In this document: piece by piece, positions 27,845-33,663 of the stretch
Numbering within the stretch: position 1 is the first letter of the stretch
How the letters are laid out: every line of letters starts with the position of its first letter
DNA from: a virus
Taxonomy: Duplodnaviria > Heunggongvirae > Uroviricota > Caudoviricetes
Length of the DNA stretch: 33,663 bases
Direction: 5' to 3' (one strand)
Virus record (IMG/VR): IMGVR_UViG_3300045988_122351
Location: 1 to 33,663 of that record
Position numbers and translations under genes: made by a program
Notes under the pieces: generated by a model
Told to the model about the DNA's origin: nothing
The model's input: only the letters and a program-made list of their open reading frames with translations
Database searches by the model: none

Positions 27845-29914
27845 TTAAAATCGCTCACCACTTCTTTGCTGTCGATATCGCCGCTGTATATGGCATTTCA
27901 AAACTTCCCTAAATACCAACACAGCTTCGGGGTCATCCCATGCTATAACACCGTCATCAACCAGATTAAGCACGGCTGCAGCATGTTCAGAAGGTGTGGG
28001 AGCCGGTAACGAAGTATCACTGCCGGTGAGCTTTCCACAGTTATTGACAGGACTCCGAGGCGCGGCGATGCCGCTTTTTAAAGTCAAAGGCTCAACGACC
28101 GGAACTTTCGGCACAATGCGCCAGTCCGTCGTTCTGGTGATATGAATATGACGCGCGCCGAGATGCGGCGCGTAAATGCCGACCACTCTCTCAACTTCTT
28201 CCTCGTACTCGTTAACGTCATCCGACGGGCTACGGGCAACCCTGACAGTCTGACAATCGCGCGGGACATTTGCCCCACCCTGCGCGCTGATATACAACGC
28301 AAAATCACCACTGTCTGCGGCAGCGCGAGCAGCCTCGACGCGTTCGTCAAACTCATCAGCAATACTGACGCCGCGAGGCAATTTGCGTAGTTCACGGTAA
28401 GCCCCCATTGTCGGCAGTCCAACCGTTTTAAATTGCGGGATGCGCCACGTTGACGCCCATGCGGTAACAGCCGCGGCAGTATCTTTAAGCGGCTTACCGG
28501 TATCGTTATCGAGCTGACCATCCAGTGCATAGCCGTCGATATTTTTTGAAATGTATTTCGCGATATATCCCGCAGCACCGCCCCGGTTAAGGTGTTTTGC
28601 CTGAAAACGGTTTCGCGCAGCTCCTCTTTCATCGCCATCCTCTTTGAGCGCATAGCGACGCATGATTTCGATAATCTGGTTACGCTGGCGCGGATTACAA
28701 AAAAGCATCATATGCCAGTGCGGCGTTCCGTCGTGGTGTGGCTCGACGACACGCAAACCGTAGACCTGTAAATCATTATCCTTGAATGCCGTGCGCATCA
28801 GGCTCCAGATACGGCAGAGATAACGCTGCGCATCCTTTGGATTAAATGCCTCATCGTTCCAGCCGTGATTAAGCTGCACGGTTTTACTTTCGCCTTTTCC
28901 GACCTGACGTGTCGGGTGATACTTTGACGGCGCGGTCAGCGTGATAAACATCCCCACATCACCCTCTGCGGCGGCGTAACGCTCAATACCGGCAATGGTG
29001 TTCATCAGCTCCATCCGGCGAATTTCAGGATTAGAAATACTGCCCATCACCTTACTGATAAGGTCGATGCGCTCGCCGGTTTCCCTGTTTTCGAGGTCAC
29101 ACGATTTAAGAAATTCCAGATTTGCCTGGCGGCGCGCACGCACATCACGAATGGCATGTTTACTGGCATAAGGAGAACGGTCTTTATTGACCTCCCCGAC
29201 AGCTATCAGTAACGCCTCATGCCAGCGCATACGCTGGCCTTTAAGCTGATGAGTCCACCACTCATCGTTAAACAGGCGGGCAATGGCAGAATATGCCTGC
29301 CTCGTGGTCATCTGTCCTTTACGGTATTTTTTCCAGTAGAGAGGGGAAATATTGAAAGCACGTGCAGCGCCAGCAACATGACCATACAGGTGAGCCTGCG
29401 CCTCATCCGTAAACAGCGATTCTTTTTCGCCATGCGCATCCACCCAAGCATCGCTGAGTTCCTCATACATCATGAAAAGCTGCGATGAGATACGGGCGGC
29501 AAACTTTTTCAGCTCCTTGTCATTCATTCCCGGCAGTCGCGCATAGTGGTCACGCTCTGCCAGAAACAGCAACGACGCGTCGGTGTTCATTTCATGGCGC
29601 TGATTCACACGCTCAATGCGCGGCCATAAACGACGCTGAAAAGTGGATGTGAGGAAATAAAACCCGTGCACCGGGCTTTTATTGCGCCGGATGTAGTCAT
29701 AGCGTGAAGTAAACAGCGAGCGCAAAAAGTAAGGCAGGCGGTTAATCGTGGATAAAACACCTTGCACCTGACGCATCTCGTCACGTGTAAGGGGTCTTTC
29801 GCGCCCGACAGCCTCGCGTGGCGCGTTCCATGCATAAGCACCGGTAAACGCCTTACCGGTGCCTGCAGCAAATGCTGACGGAGGGACAAAACGCCCGGAG
29901 GCTTTAACGGCCAT
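27845..29914 (-). CDS. A: Replication initiation protein A, HUH rolling-circle endonuclease (689 aa as called)
   Basis: ORF 27845..29956; start set at MAVKASGRF...; HUH-type motif TPHWHMMLF and paired tyrosines YIAKYISK; C-terminus shorter than I recall for P2 A. Confidence 0.85.
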   Translation of the reverse strand: MAVKASGRFVPPSAFAAGTGKAFTGAYAWNAPREAVGRERPLTRDEMRQVQGVLSTINRLPYFLRSLFTSRYDYIRRNKSPVHGFYFLTSTFQRRLWPRIERVNQRHEMNTDASLLFLAERDHYARLPGMNDKELKKFAARISSQLFMMYEELSDAWVDAHGEKESLFTDEAQAHLYGHVAGAARAFNISPLYWKKYRKGQMTTRQAYSAIARLFNDEWWTHQLKGQRMRWHEALLIAVGEVNKDRSPYASKHAIRDVRARRQANLEFLKSCDLENRETGERIDLISKVMGSISNPEIRRMELMNTIAGIERYAAAEGDVGMFITLTAPSKYHPTRQVGKGESKTVQLNHGWNDEAFNPKDAQRYLCRIWSLMRTAFKDNDLQVYGLRVVEPHHDGTPHWHMMLFCNPRQRNQIIEIMRRYALKEDGDERGAARNRFQAKHLNRGGAAGYIAKYISKNIDGYALDGQLDNDTGKPLKDTAAAVTAWASTWRIPQFKTVGLPTMGAYRELRKLPRGVSIADEFDERVEAARAAADSGDFALYISAQGGANVPRDCQTVRVARSPSDDVNEYEEEVERVVGIYAPHLGARHIHITRTTDWRIVPKVPVVEPLTLKSGIAAPRSPVNNCGKLTGSDTSLPAPTPSEHAAAVLNLVDDGVIAWDDPEAVLVFREVLKCHIQRRYRQQRSGERF

Positions 29915-30179
29915 ATGAGCCAAAAGCCTCTGAACAACGCCTGCTGAGTTGCTCAACCTGCGCGTTTAAATCAGCAAAAGACTTTGCGCTTCCGGTCAGA
30001 ATATCGTGATGCATCAGGCCGGAAACGAGCTGGCTTAATTTCGGGTAATAACCAACCACCGCCAGCCATTCCTGACCGGCGTTTTTACCGCTTTCCGCTC
30101 TCTTTTTCTCGTGGAGAATAAACTGAAAGCTGTCACTGGTAACGACATAACGTTCGCCAATTTCAATACGAAAACTCAT
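29904..30179 (-). CDS. Hypothetical early-operon protein (91 aa), P2 orf83 position
   Basis: ORF just upstream of A with short overlap; position as in the P2 early operon. Confidence 0.55.
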   Translation of the reverse strand: MSFRIEIGERYVVTSDSFQFILHEKKRAESGKNAGQEWLAVVGYYPKLSQLVSGLMHHDILTGSAKSFADLNAQVEQLSRRCSEAFGSYGR

Positions 30180-30400
30180 GCCGTTCTCCGGTAATGTTTG
30201 TTTTTTGCTTCAAAGACTGACTGACAGGAAACACAACGCGTGGCTGACGGGTAAGCCGCACGACGGGCAGCAGGTATTGGCGCGTCACACTCTTCGCAAA
30301 CCAGCGCAGAAGCACCGCAATGTTTTACCCTTGCCGCGTTAATCTGGCGCTCCAGTAATTCAGCCTGTTGTTCCTGAATAAAATCTACGTTGTCCGGCAT
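30176..30400 (-). CDS. TraR/DksA-type C4 zinc-finger protein (74 aa), P2 orf82 position
   Basis: C-x2-C ... C-x2-C pattern (CEECDAPIP ... CVSCQ). Confidence 0.65.
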   Translation of the reverse strand: MPDNVDFIQEQQAELLERQINAARVKHCGASALVCEECDAPIPAARRAAYPSATRCVSCQSVFEAKNKHYRRTA

Positions 30401-30402
30401 TA

Positions 30403-30705
30403 TCAGCTCCTTTTATCGTTAAGTTTCCTGGATACATCAGCGCAATAACTGGCAAGTTCTGTCGTTAATTTTGTCAGTTCATCCACTGAGGAAATTTGCT
30501 TGTGGAATACAGCGCGTTTAACAAGTAAATTGACCACATCAGACAGGAGGTTTAATTCATTCTGATAAATCGCGATAACAGATTCAGTTATGTCGCGTTT
30601 TTCTTTATCAAGGCAAAGTTGAATAAGAGACAAATCGCCATTTTTCATAACGGCGATTTTTAAGGCGTTATTCAGTAATACAACTGAATGAGAACAGGAC
30701 ATCAA
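30403..30705 (-). CDS. Hypothetical early-operon protein (100 aa)
   Basis: ORF tightly packed in the early operon between B and A. Confidence 0.5.
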   Translation of the reverse strand: MMSCSHSVVLLNNALKIAVMKNGDLSLIQLCLDKEKRDITESVIAIYQNELNLLSDVVNLLVKRAVFHKQISSVDELTKLTTELASYCADVSRKLNDKRS

Positions 30706-30959
30706 AGCACCTCCCCGCGAGACAATCCGATATTGTGAAATTTTTCCGACTCCTGACTGAGCAGCTCGACTATCTCCACGCGGGATAACTCCGCCTTTGT
30801 GATATGGCGAATCATGGCGTCAAGATGAGAAGAAAAGCGCGTCGCTGCGTCGGCCTGTGCTTCGGTTCTGGCCTGTTGCAGCAGTAATGCGTATTTACCG
30901 CACTGATTTTCAGAAACTGTATGCATGACTTTCTCCAGGCAAAAAGAAGCCCCGCACAA
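30702..30959 (-). CDS. Hypothetical early-operon protein (85 aa)
   Basis: ORF tightly packed in the early operon, overlapping its downstream neighbour by 4 nt. Confidence 0.5.
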   Translation of the reverse strand: MCGASFCLEKVMHTVSENQCGKYALLLQQARTEAQADAATRFSSHLDAMIRHITKAELSRVEIVELLSQESEKFHNIGLSRGEVL

Positions 30960-30989
30960 TTAAGTGCGTTAAAAACTCTGGTTAATTAC

Positions 30990-31490
30990 TTAATGCAGAT
31001 ATTGCTCTGGTTTTACCGACGTCAGAATTGTCGGTGCATACTCAAACAGGCTGAATAATTCACGTAATGCACGGAATAAAGCATCACGCCAGTAACATGA
31101 TTCTTCATTAATTCGCCAGTATGGCTGGTTGAATTCTTTTTCAGTCAATCCGGCATGCATAAATAAAGTACGACGCTGACTGACTGTTAAAAAACTAATA
31201 TATGCATACTCACTTGCGCCAACCTGACGGCGTTTTGAGAATGCCCCACGCAATTCATCAATTGCACAAACCAGCCGTTCACGTTCGACGTCGTTCATTT
31301 CTTCAAAACGCATCGTTGCGTGACGCTGTTTTAACTGCGCATGGAAGCAAACCGTTAGCCGTTCGCGTTCCATCATCTGATTATAATAATCGCATGTCTC
31401 CTGCCAGCGAGGGACGGCCAGATGCTTACCAATTATCCGGCGCATAGCTGCTGGCTGTTTTTCAACGAGATTGAGCGTCATCACTGTCAT
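30990..31490 (-). CDS. B: Replication protein B (166 aa)
   Basis: 166-aa ORF downstream of cox and orf78; length and position as in P2. Confidence 0.8.
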   Translation of the reverse strand: MTVMTLNLVEKQPAAMRRIIGKHLAVPRWQETCDYYNQMMERERLTVCFHAQLKQRHATMRFEEMNDVERERLVCAIDELRGAFSKRRQVGASEYAYISFLTVSQRRTLFMHAGLTEKEFNQPYWRINEESCYWRDALFRALRELFSLFEYAPTILTSVKPEQYLH

Positions 31491-31681
31491 TTCCAGACCC
31501 TCCGGCTTTTCAGAAAGGTCAGAGCCTTTTTTAACGGACTCTGTTTTTTGGTGCGGATAATGATTCCCTTACGCCCCTTACCGTGGGTGATGGTGAAGTC
31601 AATCGCCCTGGGGCTTTCGTTACGCAATAACTGAGCAATACAACGAGGCTCATTCATACGGTTCTCCTTAACGTGGTTCAC
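31487..31681 (-). CDS. Small basic protein (64 aa), P2 orf78 position
   Basis: ORF between cox and B. Confidence 0.5.
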   Translation of the reverse strand: MNHVKENRMNEPRCIAQLLRNESPRAIDFTITHGKGRKGIIIRTKKQSPLKKALTFLKSRRVWK

Positions 31682-31943
31682 CGAGACCTAACCACATCAA
31701 CCAGCCGTCACGAATCTCTTTAGGACGGCTTTCATAAGCCAGTTTTAGTCCGTTATTCCATGCCGGAAGGTATACCCAATATTCACCAGCACGCCCCGAT
31801 ACTGACTGAGGGTCAGTAATCTCAATAACTGGTAATTTCCCTTTCTCAATCATGCCCCTTACAGCTCTTGGAGTTTTACCAATGAGTTTTGCAAACTCCT
31901 GATAAGGCACGGCATCAGTCACGCTTACAAGCTGTCTATTCAT
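31668..31943 (-). CDS. cox: Cox, excision/lytic-switch protein (91 aa)
   Basis: 91-aa ORF divergent from C, first gene of the early operon. Confidence 0.8.
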   Translation of the reverse strand: MNRQLVSVTDAVPYQEFAKLIGKTPRAVRGMIEKGKLPVIEITDPQSVSGRAGEYWVYLPAWNNGLKLAYESRPKEIRDGWLMWLGLGEPR

Positions 31944-31967
31944 CTGCTACGATTCTCCCTTAGTGCT

Positions 31968-31987
31968 TCTAATGGCTCCTAATGGCT
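31968..31987. promoter_or_regulatory. Tandem 10-bp direct repeats (tctaatggct / cctaatggct) in the cox-C switch region; candidate repressor operator
   Basis: Two adjacent copies of CTAATGGCT with 10-bp period between the divergent cox and C starts, matching the known P2 pattern of direct-repeat operators. Confidence 0.5.
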
Positions 31988-32064
31988 AATTATTGCCTAA
32001 AAGGATAACTCCAGAAGCACAACATTTCACACTATCAGCAAGAAATTACGCAATCGGAGTAATT

Positions 32065-32499
32065 ATGTCAATAGACGTTTCGGAGAAGTTGAAGCTAATC
32101 CGTGAATCTGAAAGGTTAAACCGTAAAGAATTCAGTGAATTAACTGGTGTAGCCTACAGCTCACTTTCGAGCTATGAGAGCCGGTCAAAAAACGCTGGAG
32201 TTGAAGCCATAATGAAGGTCTTACAACATCCCAGATTTACTAAATATACTTTGTGGTTCATGACTGATCAGGTAGCTCCAGAAGCCGGGCAAATTGCGCC
32301 CGCTCTCGCACTTTGGGCAAAACGAAACAACGTCGCCCCACTCCGGTCAAAAGACTGGTTAACAATTTATCGTGAATATATTCATCACAAGTGCCTACTA
32401 TTGGTGGCTAAATTTCAGCCACCACGAAAAAAGCGATTAGTAGTAGCAAAAAAAGTACCACTCGGAGGGTTTTCTGATGGCAATCAAAAAACTCGATGA
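32065..32499 (+). CDS. C: C-like immunity repressor, long variant (144 aa)
   Basis: ORF 31993..32499; start at ATG 32065 (MSIDVSEKLKLIRESE...) after GGAG; N-terminal part resembles P2 C as I recall it, but the frame runs to 144 aa and overlaps the int start. Confidence 0.7.
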   Translation: MSIDVSEKLKLIRESERLNRKEFSELTGVAYSSLSSYESRSKNAGVEAIMKVLQHPRFTKYTLWFMTDQVAPEAGQIAPALALWAKRNNVAPLRSKDWLTIYREYIHHKCLLLVAKFQPPRKKRLVVAKKVPLGGFSDGNQKTR

Positions 32500-33490
32500 T
32501 GGTCGATATGAAGTGGACATCCGCCCTACTGGACGTAACGGAAAACGCATCCGTAGGAAGTTTGATAAGAAAAGCGAAGCTGTCGCTTTCGAAAAATACA
32601 CGTTGTACAACCACCACAATAAAGAATGGCTATCAAAACCAACAGACAAACGACGTCTGTCGGAACTGACACAGATCTGGTGGGATTTAAAGGGTAAACA
32701 CGAAGAGCATGGGAAATCTAATCTTGGAAAAATTGAAATCTTCACAAAAATAACGAATGACCCATGCGCATTTCAAATCACGAAATCCCTTATCAGCCAG
32801 TACTGCGCCACCCGAAGAAGTCAGGGTATTAAACCTTCGAGTATCAATCGTGATTTAACATGTATTAGCGGCATGTTTACAGCTCTGATTGAAGCGGAGT
32901 TATTCTTTGGTGAGCACCCTATCAGAGGGACAAAGAGGCTTAAGGAGGAAAAACCAGAAACAGGCTATCTCACACAGGAAGAAATTGCCTTACTGCTTGC
33001 AGCACTTGACGGCGACAATAAAAAGATTGCGATTCTTTGCCTGAGTACAGGAGCACGTTGGGGAGAAGCAGCTCGTTTGAAAGCAGAAAATATCATCCAT
33101 AACCGCGTCACGTTTGTTAAAACGAAAACAAACAAACCACGCACCGTCCCGATCTCAGAGGCTGTTGCCAAAATGATCGCGGATAACAAACGAGGTTTTT
33201 TATTCCCTGATGCTGATTACCCTCGCTTCAGACGAACAATGAAAGCAATAAAACCGGATTTGCCAATGGGGCAAGCCACACATGCACTAAGGCACAGCTT
33301 TGCCACTCATTTCATGATTAATGGAGGAAGTATTATCACGCTACAACGGATACTAGGTCACACGCGGATTGAGCAAACTATGGTTTACGCTCATTTTGCG
33401 CCAGAGTACCTTCAGGACGCCATTTCTCTTAATCCGCTAAGAGGTGGTACTGAGGCCGAGAGTGTCCACACAGTGTCCACAGTAGAGTAA
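32477..33490 (+). CDS. int: Integrase, tyrosine recombinase (337 aa)
   Basis: 337-aa ORF next to the att core; catalytic HALRHSFATHF (H-x-x-R), LGH, and Tyr in MVYAHF; sequence appears essentially P2 Int-like. Confidence 0.9.
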   Translation: MAIKKLDDGRYEVDIRPTGRNGKRIRRKFDKKSEAVAFEKYTLYNHHNKEWLSKPTDKRRLSELTQIWWDLKGKHEEHGKSNLGKIEIFTKITNDPCAFQITKSLISQYCATRRSQGIKPSSINRDLTCISGMFTALIEAELFFGEHPIRGTKRLKEEKPETGYLTQEEIALLLAALDGDNKKIAILCLSTGARWGEAARLKAENIIHNRVTFVKTKTNKPRTVPISEAVAKMIADNKRGFLFPDADYPRFRRTMKAIKPDLPMGQATHALRHSFATHFMINGGSIITLQRILGHTRIEQTMVYAHFAPEYLQDAISLNPLRGGTEAESVHTVSTVE

Positions 33491-33569
33491 CGTTTAAGGG
33501 CTTTCAGTGGTAATTTATGCCGCTCAAACCCGCATTGTACCGTTGAAAGCCCCTACTGGTGACACCCTA

Positions 33570-33596
33570 AATCTCCCTTACACGGGCTTATTTTTT
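33570..33596. repeat. att core copy, int-proximal junction
   Basis: Exact 27-bp direct repeat of 66..92 (28 bp counting the following a), about 80 bp downstream of the int stop. Confidence 0.85.
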
Positions 33597-33663
33597 ATGC
33601 ATAAGCCCTATCCCTGGTCACCGTCTTCCATTGACCACATCGATAGAATCTCCCTTAATAGCA

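Larger units (their letters stand above)
66..33596. mobile_element. Complete P2-like (Peduovirus-type) prophage bounded by direct repeats of the att core; inverted relative to the standard P2 prophage map
   Basis: Full P2 gene order and near-exact P2 protein lengths (as I recall them) from ogr to int; cos sequence present internally; identical 27-28 bp att core at both ends. Confidence 0.9.

Noticed and set aside
28084-28653. 189-aa minus-strand ORF inside gene A
   Set aside because: Alternate frame within the replication initiator gene.
31993-32064. N-terminal extension of the C ORF (MPKRITPEAQ...)
   Set aside because: It would place the start inside the operator/promoter region; ATG 32065 has a GGAG SD.
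1-33663. CRISPR arrays, tRNA or rRNA genes
   Set aside because: No regularly spaced direct repeats with spacers and no tRNA-like or rRNA-like sequence were seen; P2-type att sites are not tRNA-derived.

Overview
The window is essentially one complete P2-like (Peduovirus-type) prophage, about 33.5 kb, lying between two direct copies of the 27-bp P2 att core (66..92 and 33570..33596). Gene order is the inverse of the usual P2 prophage map: ogr, D, U, T, E/E', FII, FI, [cargo island 1], G, H, I, J, W, V, [cargo island 2], S, R, lysC/lysB, lysA, K, Y, X, L, M, N, O on the minus strand; P and Q on the plus strand; cos; [cargo island 3]; A, four small early genes, B, orf78, cox on the minus strand; C and int on the plus strand. 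All identifications rest on synteny, ORF lengths and motifs read by eye against what I remember of phage P2; no database search was run. The three cargo islands sit at the classic P2 moron positions and are visibly AT-rich. Island 1 (Z/fun position, 6976..9429) carries a small membrane protein, a FimB/FimE-sized tyrosine recombinase and a 280-aa unknown protein, bracketed by three copies of a CTGACAGTCTG-centred site in direct and inverted orientation; this is the best candidate for an undescribed system. Island 2 (orf30 position) carries a single-gene RelA/SpoT-type small alarmone synthetase, probably a CapRel-like fused toxin-antitoxin. Island 3 (tin/old position) carries a ParA/MinD-like ATPase followed by a small protein with a HEPN-like motif. 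No tRNA, rRNA or CRISPR array was seen.
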